In this document: positions 40,264 to 51,290 of the stretch, in pieces
Layout: each line of letters opens with the position of its first letter
How positions within the stretch are numbered: position 1 is the first letter of the stretch
From: an uncultured Lachnospiraceae bacterium
Lineage (GTDB): Bacteria; Bacillota; Clostridia; Lachnospirales; Lachnospiraceae
Assembly: GCA_948989975.1 (NCBI GenBank)
Contig: CARHSH010000001.1
Span: forward strand, 146,906 to 210,905
Length of the DNA: 64,000 nt
Direction of reading: 5' to 3'
The notes under the pieces: model-generated
What the model was told of the DNA's origin: nothing
Databases searched by the model: none
Seen by the model: the letters and a program-made list of their open reading frames with translations, nothing else
Position numbers and translations under genes: made by a program

Positions 40264-41232
40264 ATGGAGAAAGGTATGAACAGTAAAGAAGTAGAAAAAA
40301 CAGAGCAGTTAATTCAGTATTATAAAGAAGATTCAGCTCAGGAGAATCTTCAGGCATTAGTGCATCAGATGAAAAAGACGGTGTTTTTGATTCCGGCTAT
40401 GCTTCCGGACACGCCGGAGATTAATGAGATTAAACAGAAGGTGAAGGAAAATCCGGGGGTAAAAATTAATCTGCCGAAAGGGACGGCGCCTATGCCGGCG
40501 ATTTTGACGAATCAGAATGGGGGGAAATTTTTTCCGGTCTATTCTTCAAAAGAGCAGGTTCCAAAGGAGCCGAAGTTTGACTTATTGATGAATATGCCGT
40601 TTGGGGCATGTTGTTCGTTTGCTTTAGATGAAAGGCTGGAGGTGGAGGGGATTGCCGTAAATCCATTTACGGACAACCTTTTATTTAAAAAACCGCTGTT
40701 AGAAGCGATTAAGAAAGCGGAAGAAGAATCGAAAAAAGGCGTGAATCAAATCCAGATGTCTCCGAAGCAATTTCAGATTATGATGCGTCAGAGGGCGGAG
40801 CTGCATGAGTTTCCGGCTTTGGCTTTTCGGGAAGGGGCGCAGTTTATCCAGCGTCTGAGTGATGAGAAAGAAGCGGTTGTAAATGAGATATATTCGAAAT
40901 CGTTTCAGAAGCAGGAATTGTATCCTTTTGAGGAAAGCAGTTTTTCTGTGATGGCTTTGAATATCAGTGAGGAATTATTGTTGGTGCGGGTGGACTTGCC
41001 GCCGGTCCGTGAAGCGGCGCAGTTGTGTTATCGTGTTTATGTGACATTAAACCCGAAGTCCGGGGAAATTCATTATTTTACGATTGAACGCGGCCGCGGG
41101 AAGGACGAGCGGAATCTTTGCGGCGTTGGGAAAGATGGAAAACATATTGAGTATGGGGAAGCTCCCGTGGAAGGCGTGGAGATTCAAAGGATTATTGATA
41201 TTATTTCAGGGGAAAAAGAGATTGGGAATTAA
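40264..41232 (+). CDS. Hypothetical protein (322 aa; loosely SseB-like)
   Basis: Clean ORF with start context; soluble; no recognisable catalytic motif. Confidence 0.45.
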   Translation: MEKGMNSKEVEKTEQLIQYYKEDSAQENLQALVHQMKKTVFLIPAMLPDTPEINEIKQKVKENPGVKINLPKGTAPMPAILTNQNGGKFFPVYSSKEQVPKEPKFDLLMNMPFGACCSFALDERLEVEGIAVNPFTDNLLFKKPLLEAIKKAEEESKKGVNQIQMSPKQFQIMMRQRAELHEFPALAFREGAQFIQRLSDEKEAVVNEIYSKSFQKQELYPFEESSFSVMALNISEELLLVRVDLPPVREAAQLCYRVYVTLNPKSGEIHYFTIERGRGKDERNLCGVGKDGKHIEYGEAPVEGVEIQRIIDIISGEKEIGN

Positions 41233-41250
41233 ATCTGGCTGTTTTTAAAG

Positions 41251-41311
41251 AAACGCCGCTTATATCTGTTCGCCCGATGGAGCGGGCTCTATGACGATAA
41301 GCGGCGTTTTT
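41251..41311. terminator. Bidirectional terminator hairpin between convergent genes (aaacgccgcttat / ataagcggcgttttt)
   Basis: 12-13-bp stem, an inner hairpin gcccg...cgggc, and a T-run on the plus strand. Confidence 0.55.
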
Positions 41312-41338
41312 AAGATCTATGGATTTGGTTTTTGCGCG

Positions 41339-42295
41339 TTATTTCCGAATTGCTTTTAATACATCATTAGGAATCACAAATTCTCTGCATCCCATATACA
41401 TCGGAGCTACATCGCCTTCGTTAAAGCAGATAACAACTTCCCCGTTATTATTGAGGTAAAACTGTGTTTCGTCCGTAATTTTTTCAAAATTTAATTCCGG
41501 CATATCTTTGTTATCGACCCAATAGAATAAATTTTCATCTTTAGCCATCTGCTCTTTCATCTGCTGTTTGATATTTTCACTGATTGCCGTAATATAGTCG
41601 CTGTCTTCTGTAAATAAGCCGCTTAACTTTAAGCGTTCCCCTGTTTCTAAGTCAATCGTGTAAAAATAATTCCATTCCGCGCCGCTTCCGGAAGCTTGGT
41701 AGCAGTTCAGTTTTAAAGTGAAATACTGTTCTGTAGTGGCAATGACCTCGGAGTCTACATGAACGTCTTGGTACCCTTCTTGATCTTCGGCAAATTCCTT
41801 AAATTCTTTAATTAGCTGATCCGTAATCGTTTTGATCTCCGCATTGATTTCTTCCGCAGTTTTCTGGACTTTTTTCTGCGCGGCATCAGTTTGTTCCGTC
41901 CCGTTGGCTGTTTCTGTCGGAATCTGGGGAACAATTTCCGGCACTTGAATGTCGGCGTTATTTCGCTCGCTTTCGTACTTGTAATCCCGAAAGGTCACTA
42001 CCTCGACCCATTTTGAAAGAATTGGAATCCGGCTCATCGCATAGGCAAGATCGCCGGAGGCGTTTGGCAGGACGGTAAGCAGTAGAACAACTGACGCGGC
42101 GGCGGCCGCAATCGTTTTAAATACTTTGCGGTTGCTTTTTTTTGCTTTTTCAATCGTGGCTTTCAGATTTTTAATTTGTTCCGGTGACATATTTGGTTTT
42201 TGGTAATCCTGTTTCATTTGATTCAATTCTTCTTTCCTATTACGCATTGAGAACCTCCTGATTTGTGCTTTCTGTATATATCCATTCTCCTTCAA
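41339..42295 (-). CDS. Membrane-anchored anti-sigma factor, RsiV-like (DUF3298/DUF4163-type extracytoplasmic domain)
   Basis: Cytoplasmic N-terminus, one TM helix (IAAAAASVVLLLTVL), and an extracellular domain. Overlaps the upstream ECF sigma gene by 56 nt. Confidence 0.55.
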   Translation of the reverse strand: MKENGYIQKAQIRRFSMRNRKEELNQMKQDYQKPNMSPEQIKNLKATIEKAKKSNRKVFKTIAAAAASVVLLLTVLPNASGDLAYAMSRIPILSKWVEVVTFRDYKYESERNNADIQVPEIVPQIPTETANGTEQTDAAQKKVQKTAEEINAEIKTITDQLIKEFKEFAEDQEGYQDVHVDSEVIATTEQYFTLKLNCYQASGSGAEWNYFYTIDLETGERLKLSGLFTEDSDYITAISENIKQQMKEQMAKDENLFYWVDNKDMPELNFEKITDETQFYLNNNGEVVICFNEGDVAPMYMGCREFVIPNDVLKAIRK

Positions 42296-42767
42296 TCATC
42301 ACCTTTAATTTCTTTAGGCTTCGGTAAAGACGGCTTTTTACGGTATTGATGTTTTCTTCGAGAATGTCTGCGATTTCCTCTAGTTTCATATCCTCAAAAT
42401 ATTTTAATTCTACAATCATGCGGTCATTTTCGGGTAAATGTTCCAGCGCCCGCTTTAAGTCAAGGTCTTCGTAGGAATCTTCCGCATAAGTTTCTTTAGC
42501 ATCTTCTAATGAAAGTGTTTTTTGCTGTCTGCAATATGTAAAAATTTCATTTATGACGATACGGTACAGCCAAGTAGACGCAAAATTTTCCTGTTTTAAT
42601 GAGCCGCTGTTTTTAATTGCTTTATAAGCGGCGTTTTGGACAATGTCGTAAGCGTCATTTTCATTGTGGACATAACTGTATGCCAAACGGTAATACTGAT
42701 TGTAGTTTGTAAGAAGAAGCGTTTCCACCGCTTTTTCTTTCGTCTTTTGCCTTGATAATCGTTTCAA
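42240..42767 (-). CDS. ECF-subfamily RNA polymerase sigma-70 factor (SigV-like)
   Basis: Sigma-70 region 2 (YDIVQNAAYKAI...WLYRIVINE) and region 4 (LKLEEIADILEENINTVKSRLYRSLKKL). Confidence 0.85.
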   Translation of the reverse strand: MKRLSRQKTKEKAVETLLLTNYNQYYRLAYSYVHNENDAYDIVQNAAYKAIKNSGSLKQENFASTWLYRIVINEIFTYCRQQKTLSLEDAKETYAEDSYEDLDLKRALEHLPENDRMIVELKYFEDMKLEEIADILEENINTVKSRLYRSLKKLKVMIEGEWIYTESTNQEVLNA

Positions 42768-43015
42768 GTTTTTCGCCTCCTGTTTTTCGTTTTCTAATAA
42801 TTAGACGTAAGGCGTAACGGAAAAGTTTCAAACAAAATAAAAAATTTTACTATTTTTCATTTTTTACTGTATGCAGTCTTTGGAAGTCTTGGAATTTGGA
42901 GTACAGAAAGAAAAACCCCTGTTCCAATTCAGATTCTGCGTTTCAAAGAGCGGCGGTTCTGAATGGAATAGAGGTTTATGATAAAAGATTGCGTTTTTGG
43001 ATTGAAAAACAGGGT

Positions 43016-44356
43016 TTATTTATTGCTCCTGCGCCAAATCTTTAATTTCTCCGCTTCTGTAATTAATTCATCGCGGAAATCAGGATGCGCAATCGAGATT
43101 AAGGCTTCTGCGCGCTGCCATGCGGAAAGTCCTTTTAAATTGACTTTTCCGTATTCCGTTACAATGTAATGGACGTTTGCGCGTGTGTCCGTTACAATCG
43201 ATCCAGGATTTAACGTAGGTAAAATACGGGATTTTAACTGCCCGTCTTTGGTTTTAAAGGAAGAAGAACAGCAGATGAAGCTTTTCCCGCCATTGGAAAG
43301 ATAAGCTCCCAGCACAAAATCAAGCTGCCCGCCTGCTCCGCTGATATGTTTCGTTCCGGCCGACTCGGCATTGATCTGGCCAAATAAATCCAAATCCACT
43401 GCGTTGTTAATGGAAATAAAGTTATCCAAAGCGGAAATGGAGCGTATGTCATTTGTATAGCTTACTGGGGCGCTGAGGAGTTCCGGGTTGTCGTCTATAT
43501 AGTCGTACATTTTTTTCGTTCCGCATCCAAATGCAAAGGCTTGGCGGAAACGGTCGATATTTTTCTTTGACCCATTGATTTTTCCGGCTTTTGCAATGTC
43601 GACAAAAGCGTCAACGTACATTTCCGTATGAACGCCGAGGTCTTTTAAATCGGATTCTGCAATCATAGAGCCGACTGTATTAGGCATGCCGCCAATGCCA
43701 AGCTGTAAACATGCGCCGTTTGGAATTTCTTCTACAATTAATTTTGCAACTGCAATATCGACGTCGGTTGGCGCGCCGCCTGAACCTAATTCTCCGATAG
43801 GCGGGTTTTCACCTTCGACAATAAAGTCAACGTCTGAAATATGGACGCTGTTTTCAAAACCGCCAAGACAGCGCGGCATATTTTGGTTGACCTCAACAAT
43901 GATTTTTTTAGAGGTTTCGCATACCGCCATCATATGGGAAGCGTTTGGCCCGAAATTGAAATATCCATGCGCATCCATTGGAGAAACCTGAAACATCGCT
44001 ACGTCGTCAGGCGTGTCTGATTCACGGTAGTAACGCGGCAGTTCGGAATATCGGATTGGCGCATAATATGCGCAGCCGCGGGCAATTAATTTACGTTCAA
44101 TGCCGGACATATGCCATGAGTTCCATGTAAAATGCTCTCCTGAATCTTCCCGTTCAAAAACGGCGGGCGTCTTTAGGAGAATACCGCCCCTTAGGTTAAT
44201 GTCTTTCAGCTCGTCCGTCCGTTTAGCTAATGCTTTGTCCAAAGCGTCTACGGTTGCGTTACACCAGCCGTAATCGACCCAATCGCCGGATTTAATGACT
44301 TTTACTGCTTCTTCTGCGCTTACAAGTTTCTGCTCATATTCTTTTGCGTAATCCAT
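43016..44356 (-). CDS. Acetyl-CoA hydrolase/transferase-family CoA-transferase, butyryl-CoA:acetate CoA-transferase-like
   Basis: 446 aa; AcetylCoA_hydro N and C domains (GDWVDYG, GGQLDF..., the conserved Glu region ...TEYG). Confidence 0.7.
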   Translation of the reverse strand: MDYAKEYEQKLVSAEEAVKVIKSGDWVDYGWCNATVDALDKALAKRTDELKDINLRGGILLKTPAVFEREDSGEHFTWNSWHMSGIERKLIARGCAYYAPIRYSELPRYYRESDTPDDVAMFQVSPMDAHGYFNFGPNASHMMAVCETSKKIIVEVNQNMPRCLGGFENSVHISDVDFIVEGENPPIGELGSGGAPTDVDIAVAKLIVEEIPNGACLQLGIGGMPNTVGSMIAESDLKDLGVHTEMYVDAFVDIAKAGKINGSKKNIDRFRQAFAFGCGTKKMYDYIDDNPELLSAPVSYTNDIRSISALDNFISINNAVDLDLFGQINAESAGTKHISGAGGQLDFVLGAYLSNGGKSFICCSSSFKTKDGQLKSRILPTLNPGSIVTDTRANVHYIVTEYGKVNLKGLSAWQRAEALISIAHPDFRDELITEAEKLKIWRRSNK

Positions 44357-44402
44357 AATAACCTCCTATAAATGTTATATTTGCTGTCTCCTAATAGTAA
44401 CA

Positions 44403-46073
44403 TTATATATTAAATTTGTCTACAAGGCTTACCATCGATTCTACTTGGGCTTTCTGTTCTTCGCTGACGGCGGCTGTTTCTTCTGAGGTTGCAGAGTTGT
44501 TGTCTACGATTTCTGCAACGCGGACGATGTTTTCATTGATCCGCTGCATATTGCTGACGTCGTTGGTAAGGTTTTGTGAAGTCTGCTCCATTTTTTCCGT
44601 TGCCTGTTTTGCGCCTTTCATAACTTCCGTCATATTTTCGGCTGCTTCATCTGCGATGGCAATGCCTCTTTCAACGGCAAGAATCGTCCGTTCGATCAGT
44701 TTGTTTGTCTCTCCGGCTGCTTTTGCGGATTCGTCGGCAAGATTTTTGACTTGTCCGGCAACAATGGCAAATCCCCTTCCGGCTTCTCCGGCGCGCGCGG
44801 CTTCAATCGATGCATTCAGGGAAAGCAGGTTTGTTTCAGAAGCAATGGCTTCGATTGCGCCAATGATTTCCCCAATTTCTTCTGAGCATTTGCTGATTTC
44901 TCCAATCGCATCTTTTAATTCCTGCATTTTGGCGTTTCCGGCAATAAGGACTTGGCTTGCGCTTGATGCAAGATTTACAGTGGCGGTCGCTTCGCGCGCG
45001 CTGTTTTCCATGCTTTGGTAGAGAACGTCCATTAGGTTGACTAAGTCGGATACTTTGCCGGCCTGTTCTGTGCTTCCTTCTGCTAAATCAACGGCGGCGC
45101 AGGCAAGTTGTTCTGAGCCGCTGTCAATTTGCTGGGACACTTCCCGTATCGTCACCATGGTTTCACGCATTTTTGCGCTGATTTTTAAGAAAGATTCTCT
45201 AATCTGCCCAAATTCCCCGACGTATGCCTGATGCATTTCAAAACAGTAGTTGCTGTCGCCCATCTGTTCTAAGATGTCGGAAATTTCAAGTATCATGCCA
45301 ATGATGTTTTCTTTCATTTGGGCAATGGCGCCGACCATTTTGCCGACTTCACTTTCGTTGATTTCCATTTCAAAATCTGCATGGAAATTCCCCTCGGAAA
45401 GCAGGATCATCTGATCGGACACGCTTATAATCGGCTCAAGCAGCTCTTTTCTGGAAAATTTTACTATTTTTATAATCTGGAAAATTAAGTAGGCGAAGGA
45501 AGCGATATACATTAGTTCAACGATAATCTGGAACAGACGCAGCCGTAATTTGGATTTGCTTACTCTGTTTTGGATTTGATCGATGGCGTTGTCTGTCAGT
45601 GAGCTGATGGTTTGGATAGAGCTTTCATATTCGTCTCCGAACACATACGAAATGGCGGATTTGGTATTGCCGGATTTTGCCTGTTCTAAAGCTTGTTCTT
45701 CCAAAGGGACAAGGCTGTTAGAAAGATCTGCGATTTGGTTTAACAAGGTCCATTCTTCTTCTTTTATGTCATTTTTTTCAAGCCCTGCCCATGCGATGTC
45801 ACGGGTTTTGTCCTCATTGAGTTCTTTCATGTAGGCATCGTAGCAGGTCTGGTTTGCAGTGACGGCATAGGTCTGTACGGCGGCGGTTAAAGCTTTCGAA
45901 CCCAGACGGTATTGGTTTAGAAAAGTGGTTGTTTCAAGTTCTTCGTCCGTCACATGGCTCATAAAGAGATTTGTCCCGACAGACGCTAGCAGTAAAATTG
46001 CTCCCGCGATAATTGCAATTACGGATTGCCGGATAATTTTTTTTAACTGATAAGATTGGCTTTTTGTTTCCAT
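44403..46073 (-). CDS. Methyl-accepting chemotaxis protein
   Basis: Two TM helices, a periplasmic 4HB-like sensor, HAMP, and an MCP signalling domain ([34 protein letters not shown]). Confidence 0.85.
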   Translation of the reverse strand: METKSQSYQLKKIIRQSVIAIIAGAILLLASVGTNLFMSHVTDEELETTTFLNQYRLGSKALTAAVQTYAVTANQTCYDAYMKELNEDKTRDIAWAGLEKNDIKEEEWTLLNQIADLSNSLVPLEEQALEQAKSGNTKSAISYVFGDEYESSIQTISSLTDNAIDQIQNRVSKSKLRLRLFQIIVELMYIASFAYLIFQIIKIVKFSRKELLEPIISVSDQMILLSEGNFHADFEMEINESEVGKMVGAIAQMKENIIGMILEISDILEQMGDSNYCFEMHQAYVGEFGQIRESFLKISAKMRETMVTIREVSQQIDSGSEQLACAAVDLAEGSTEQAGKVSDLVNLMDVLYQSMENSAREATATVNLASSASQVLIAGNAKMQELKDAIGEISKCSEEIGEIIGAIEAIASETNLLSLNASIEAARAGEAGRGFAIVAGQVKNLADESAKAAGETNKLIERTILAVERGIAIADEAAENMTEVMKGAKQATEKMEQTSQNLTNDVSNMQRINENIVRVAEIVDNNSATSEETAAVSEEQKAQVESMVSLVDKFNI

Positions 46074-46351
46074 AATTCTCCCCCTGTACTTCTTATATTT
46101 GTTAAAAATATCTAATTATATCTTACTTTATGTTTCCAGATTCGTCAAGTTAAACAATAAGCTGTTATGGAAATCTGTTTCTTTTACAGCCGCTTTGGCG
46201 GAGCATGGATTTACAGGGTTATTTCCATATAAAAAGGGCGGGAAGGATTTTTAGAATAGGTAATTCCTGACTGTTTACAAGAGAGCGGATCGTGTGTTAC
46301 AATAAGAAACAATCTCAATCACGGAAATAGGAAAGCAGGAGGGGCAGTTGG

Positions 46352-48034
46352 ATGAAAAAAGCGATGAATCAGTCGGTTTTAACTTTTATTTTGAATGGAG
46401 TATCAATCCTTTCAATGGTATTTATGGCAGTTTCCCTTTCGATTTACGGAAAAGTAAACCGGGACTTAAACGCTGCGAATAAAGAACGGTATGAGCTGAC
46501 ATATAATGCGAACCGTTTTATGAATGGTTCTTCTTATTTGACAAACGAAGTCAGGGCGTTTTCGGCAACCGGAAAGCAGGAGCATTATGACAATTACTGG
46601 AACGAGATAAATACTCTAAAGAACAGGGATTTAGGCATTGAAGCCATGCAGGAAATTGGAATTACGCAGGAAGAACAAAAGATGATTGAGGAAATGTCTG
46701 CGATTTCAAACTCTTTAGTTCCGTTAGAAGAACAGGCAATGGAAAAGGCGCAGCAGGGAAATGGCGCTGAAGCGGTGAATTATGTCTATGGAGATGCTTA
46801 TAATCAATCCATCGGTGAAATCACTGCATTGAAGAATCAGTTTTTAGAGACGCTTGACAACAGGACATTAAGCAGGGTTGAGAGGCTGCAAAACGAGACG
46901 GGCATTCTGCGTATCGCGATGATTGTCGCAGTTTCGTTAGTGGGAATTTTACAGTTGATCAATATGATTTATACCAAAAGAAAAATACTCCGTCCGGTGA
47001 TTGCCGTGAAAAACCAGATGGGGAAAATTGCGGACGGGAATCTTTCCTCAGAGTTTTCTTTAGAATCCGATACTTCTGAAATGGGTATGCTCGTTTCCTC
47101 AATCCACGAAACAAAACGGGAATTGAAAAAATACATAAATGACATTGACCAGAAGCTGGCGGAAATGGCAAAAGGGAATATGGATCTGTCTATTGACATT
47201 GATTACCGTGGGGAATTTTTGCCGATTCAAAATGCGCTTTCCCAGATTTTAGATGCCTTAAATCAGGCGCTGTTCCAGATTAACCAGACGGCAGGGCAGG
47301 TGACGCAGCAGTCAGAACGCATGACAAGCGCAGCGCAAGTGCTCTCAAACGGAGTTGTTTCACAGGCATCGGCTGTGGAGGAGCTTTCGGCAAGCATTAA
47401 GGATATTTCATTTCAGTTAGACACTACCTCAGAAGATGCAAACATTGCAAAAGACGCTTCAGCAGATGCAATGAAACATCTTCAGCTTAGCAGTGGAAAG
47501 ATGACAGAGCTGACGTCAGCGATTATGGATATTTCGGAATCTTCCAATAAAATTGGCGGCATTATTAAGACGATTGAGGATATTTCATTCCAGACGAATA
47601 TCCTTGCGCTTAACGCTTCCGTGGAAGCCGCGCGCGCAGGTGAAGCAGGAAAAGGATTTGCCGTTGTTGCGGGTGAAGTGCAAAATCTTGCCAATAAAAG
47701 CGCGGTGTCTGCGCAGGACATTACAGATTTGATTGAGAAGTCAATTAAACAAGTGGAATATGGGACGGCTCTTTCTAAGGATACGACAGAGGCTTTGACC
47801 GCATTGGTGGGAAGCGCGCAAGTGGCTACGGAAAAGATTGAGAAAATTGCTGATTCTGCTATGCAGCAGTCGCATTCACTCCAGCAGTTAAAGTTAGGCA
47901 TGGAACAGATTTCAGATGTCGTACAGACAAATGCGGCTACGGCTCAGGAATCTGTCGCTTCCGCGCAAGAGCTGAACCGTCAGGCAGAAGAATTGAAAGT
48001 GGCTGTACATAGATTCCGGTTAAGGCGTTCCTAA
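46352..48034 (+). CDS. Methyl-accepting chemotaxis protein (paralog of 44403..46073)
   Basis: Same architecture; [34 protein letters not shown]. Sensor domains share [10 protein letters not shown](M/L)E(K/Q)A. Confidence 0.85.
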   Translation: MKKAMNQSVLTFILNGVSILSMVFMAVSLSIYGKVNRDLNAANKERYELTYNANRFMNGSSYLTNEVRAFSATGKQEHYDNYWNEINTLKNRDLGIEAMQEIGITQEEQKMIEEMSAISNSLVPLEEQAMEKAQQGNGAEAVNYVYGDAYNQSIGEITALKNQFLETLDNRTLSRVERLQNETGILRIAMIVAVSLVGILQLINMIYTKRKILRPVIAVKNQMGKIADGNLSSEFSLESDTSEMGMLVSSIHETKRELKKYINDIDQKLAEMAKGNMDLSIDIDYRGEFLPIQNALSQILDALNQALFQINQTAGQVTQQSERMTSAAQVLSNGVVSQASAVEELSASIKDISFQLDTTSEDANIAKDASADAMKHLQLSSGKMTELTSAIMDISESSNKIGGIIKTIEDISFQTNILALNASVEAARAGEAGKGFAVVAGEVQNLANKSAVSAQDITDLIEKSIKQVEYGTALSKDTTEALTALVGSAQVATEKIEKIADSAMQQSHSLQQLKLGMEQISDVVQTNAATAQESVASAQELNRQAEELKVAVHRFRLRRS

Positions 48035-48096
48035 ATTTACAGTGTTGGCAGACAGCAAAACGTTTGTTGGCTGTTTTAAGGGGATTCGCATATAAA

Positions 48097-48151
48097 ATAT
48101 CCCGTGGCATAGTTCCGTTGATACGGATCTTGCCGCGGGATATTGTTTTTA
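48097..48151. terminator. Bidirectional terminator between convergent genes (atatcccg...cgggatat + T-run)
   Basis: 8-bp stem with a 31-nt loop, T5 immediately after; abuts the stop of the minus-strand gene. Confidence 0.45.
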
Positions 48152-49582
48152 TTGACGGATATCTACATAGCCTGTTTCAAGCGCAGAATCTGTAAATTCG
48201 CAGCCGCCAGAGGGGTTTAAGCTGATAAATAATGTTTCAAGCTCATCTTCCATGACAATCCAAGCCATATGGACAACTGCCGTTTCGCCGGGGTTTATGC
48301 GCGCAATATAATTATTTCCCCGTTCTCCTCCATGTACGTCATAATAAATCATTTCCCACATATGGGACAATCCATGATTGACGATTCTGTCCCAGTCTCC
48401 CTTTTCCGTGGTGGCTTCTTCTGTTAAAATCTGCATTTGCCCGTCATTTTCGTAAATGCGGGGCATATCCCCAAAAAATAGGACGTCTGTAAGCGGATCT
48501 TCTCCGGTATTCGTATATTCCACTGTGGCATAAACCAGTTTTTGTCTGGCTTGACGGGTTTTTACTTCTTCGCTCAGGGAATCGGCGTCTCCATCTTTTA
48601 TATATTGTATCGTAGCCGGACGCAGGCTGCCATTTTCGTCTGTTTCATTTCGGAGTGTTTCATCTGTCTGGGCGGCGTCTAACAGGCTGATCGTATCGGA
48701 TATTTCTACATTAGATATTTTTGCTAAGAGGGTGGAGCCGCCTATTGGAAAACTTTCGCCGATTGCGTGAATGTTTTTCATATCTTCTTTAGAGATAGAA
48801 GTAATGGTTTTAGCTTCTTCCCCTTCGGCTTGCTCTTTTTGGTTATTTAGGCAGTCGCTCCAGTTTTCAGCAATTACAAACGCATCTTTCTCCGAATCTT
48901 TGGCCGGGATTAAATTTATATTTTCCGCGATTTTCATGGCTTCTTCTTTGCTGACGTCTGAAGCGGCATATAACTCCATTACATAATGAACGTCTGTATA
49001 TGCGACATAGATTCTCTGGTTAAAAGTAATCTCATCCGGGTATAAGTTGGGGTAGGTTAGGTAGATCCCTTTGCGTCCATTCGCAGTAAATTCTTCACTG
49101 GACAGCACATCGTCATGTTCCGCTTCAAATGCGTCATCTCCGGTATCCATACGGTAAAATCTCATGCTTATGCCGCCCTTATTCAGGGAATCTTCAAAAC
49201 TGTATTTCCCCCTTTCCGTTTCCATCATGCCATCTGGAAGATAGCCGATTTCCAATTTTACATTCGGGATAGAAAGGGCTTTCCCGTTGCTTTTTGTATC
49301 GTCTGTGGCATTTTCTGAATTACGCTCATCGCCTGTCACTGAGACACTGACGCCATGCGTCCCTGTCTGTTTTTGCTGTAGTTGGTAGATGCTTACTCCG
49401 GCAAATACCGTAGTTCCGCAAAACAGGATTGCCGCTAAAGAGGCGGCAATGGTTCTGCCCATGCGTCTGCCTTTATAGGAAGTCTGTTTCGTTTGCAGTT
49501 GTTTTTTCACTTCTTTTTCCACCATAATCTTCATCTCCTCCGGCATTTTTGGAAAATCATATTTTAAATTTTCAAATTCCAT
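48149..49582 (-). CDS. Putative membrane-anchored anti-sigma factor (large extracytoplasmic domain)
   Basis: Short cytoplasmic N-terminus, a single TM helix (IAASLAAILFCGTTVFAGVSIY), and about 400 aa outside. Immediately downstream of an ECF sigma gene. Confidence 0.45.
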   Translation of the reverse strand: MEFENLKYDFPKMPEEMKIMVEKEVKKQLQTKQTSYKGRRMGRTIAASLAAILFCGTTVFAGVSIYQLQQKQTGTHGVSVSVTGDERNSENATDDTKSNGKALSIPNVKLEIGYLPDGMMETERGKYSFEDSLNKGGISMRFYRMDTGDDAFEAEHDDVLSSEEFTANGRKGIYLTYPNLYPDEITFNQRIYVAYTDVHYVMELYAASDVSKEEAMKIAENINLIPAKDSEKDAFVIAENWSDCLNNQKEQAEGEEAKTITSISKEDMKNIHAIGESFPIGGSTLLAKISNVEISDTISLLDAAQTDETLRNETDENGSLRPATIQYIKDGDADSLSEEVKTRQARQKLVYATVEYTNTGEDPLTDVLFFGDMPRIYENDGQMQILTEEATTEKGDWDRIVNHGLSHMWEMIYYDVHGGERGNNYIARINPGETAVVHMAWIVMEDELETLFISLNPSGGCEFTDSALETGYVDIRQ

Positions 49583-49619
49583 AGTTGTTCCTCCATTTCT
49601 TTCTATTCGGATACGCTTC

Positions 49620-50120
49620 TTACGTCACTGCCTGTCCGAGTTCCCTGCGCATCCGGTTTCTTGCCCGCGCAAGACGGTTTTTTACGGCGCTTTCCGTAAT
49701 TCCAAGCATTTTTGCCGTTTCTTTCACGCTGTATCCTTCCAGATAGTATAAAATGATACAGATTCGAATGTCTGTTGGAAGCTGTCTGACTGCTTCATAC
49801 AAATCAGAATAATCTTCCGGTTCTTTGGCAGTTTCATGGTATTCTTCTAAAGATACAAGGCGCTTTTCCCGACGCATAAGGGCATAGCATTCATTAATCA
49901 GTATTTTTATCAGCCATGTCTTTGCGTAGGAATCTTGCCGAAGCGTATGAAGTTTAGTAAACGCTTTGACAATGCTTTCCTGTATCGCATCTGCGCAGTC
50001 TGCGTCATTGCCCAGAAGTGTTTTTGCCACATGGTATAACGTATCCTCAGAGGCAAGAATGAGTTCTCCTAATTGTTCTTTATTCATAGTATCCTTTCCG
50101 CCGGCCAGCTTTTTTTGCAT
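49620..50120 (-). CDS. ECF-subfamily RNA polymerase sigma-70 factor
   Basis: Region 2 (DAIQESIVKAF...TWLIKILINE) and region 4 (YSVKETAKMLGITESAVKNRLARARNRM). The alternative start MNKEQ at 50087 is possible. Confidence 0.8.
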   Translation of the reverse strand: MQKKLAGGKDTMNKEQLGELILASEDTLYHVAKTLLGNDADCADAIQESIVKAFTKLHTLRQDSYAKTWLIKILINECYALMRREKRLVSLEEYHETAKEPEDYSDLYEAVRQLPTDIRICIILYYLEGYSVKETAKMLGITESAVKNRLARARNRMRRELGQAVT

Positions 50121-50610
50121 TTACACTAATTAGATGATTGAGGAAGGGAAATGGTCTCATATCTTTTTAAAAAATATAATCAGTTCGAATGTTTTTATGA
50201 ATTGACAATGTTCCCATGTCGATTTTTGTGTTGATAAACGCTTCTATGTCAAGCGTACTTTAAGTGAGAGAAAACGTAACATTTTGTTTCGTATTGATAT
50301 GCAGTTTTAAACACAGTATTCTTAAAGGAAATGGTTCGGCGCTTCAATTTTAACAGATTTTTATAAATCCAGCAGGGATTGGACGAATATGTTTATGGGA
50401 TAAATCCCTTTTTTTACCAAATAGATTCGTGTTTTAAACATTGCATTTAAGGTATTGGAAGCATTGTGGAACAAAAATGTTCGTTCCTATTGGCGGGGCA
50501 GGCAGGAAGATCATGGCAAATGATTGAATTATGAATGAATGGCTGGAAGCTTTACTGCTTGTAATCACTAATTTATTTGTATGTCAGCATTCAAAAAAAC
50601 AAGAAAGTTC

Positions 50611-50642
50611 TTGACAGCTAATCTATGTTAGTATATACTAAC
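50611..50642 (+). promoter_or_regulatory. feo promoter TTGACA-17-TATACT with an overlapping 16-bp perfect palindrome GTTAGTATATACTAAC (50627..50642)
   Basis: Hexamers at 50611..50616 and 50634..50639; the palindrome spans the -10, a typical metalloregulator (Fur/DtxR-type) operator position. Confidence 0.45.
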
Positions 50643-50684
50643 TACAAAGATAAAGAGAAAATGAACTGAGAAAGGGGGATGCGT

Positions 50685-50894
50685 ATGCCGTTATCTATGG
50701 CGCAGGAAGGGGAATGCAATATAATCCGCAAAGTAGGAGGAAAAGAGGAGACGAGGCGGTTTTTGGAAAAGCTTGGCTTTGTTGCCGGGGGTTCAGTGAC
50801 GGTGGTTTCGGAAATAGGTGGGAATATAATAGTGAATGTGAAGGATTCCCGAATTGCAATCGGAAAAGATATGGCGAATAAAATTTTGGTATAA
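50685..50894 (+). CDS. feoA: FeoA-family ferrous iron transport protein
   Basis: SH3-like FeoA signature (GECNIIRKVGG...RRFLEKLGF..G..V). Confidence 0.8.
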   Translation: MPLSMAQEGECNIIRKVGGKEETRRFLEKLGFVAGGSVTVVSEIGGNIIVNVKDSRIAIGKDMANKILV

Positions 50895-50902
50895 GGAGGG
50901 GT

Positions 50903-51124
50903 ATGATGACATTACGGGAAATGGAATGTGGCAAGGCGGTAAAGGTGAAAAAGATTTCCGGCGAAGGTCCGGTGAAAAGGAGGATTATGGATATGGGAAT
51001 TACGAAAGGAGTGGATATTCTTGTAAGGAAGGCTGCGCCTCTTGGGGATCCTCTGGAAGTTACTGTAAGGGGATACGAATTATCTTTGAGAAAAGTGGAT
51101 GCAGAGCTGATAGAGGTGGAGTAA
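50903..51124 (+). CDS. feoA: FeoA-family protein (second copy)
   Basis: MECGKAVKVKKISGEGPVKRRIMDMGITKG...; RBS AAGGAGGGG. Confidence 0.8.
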   Translation: MMTLREMECGKAVKVKKISGEGPVKRRIMDMGITKGVDILVRKAAPLGDPLEVTVRGYELSLRKVDAELIEVE

Positions 51125-51290
51125 ATTTTTTTTCATAGAAAGTTAGTTTTGACTAATATTTGATAGCGTAAACATACCGACACAGAGAAGAAAAAGTGGC
51201 GGATGTTTTGGGTGGCATAAGTTTTATTTGCAGCTCTGCCGCTAACCGGTGAAGCTGCTGTGTAAATTGATCAAAGAAAGGAATCAGGTT

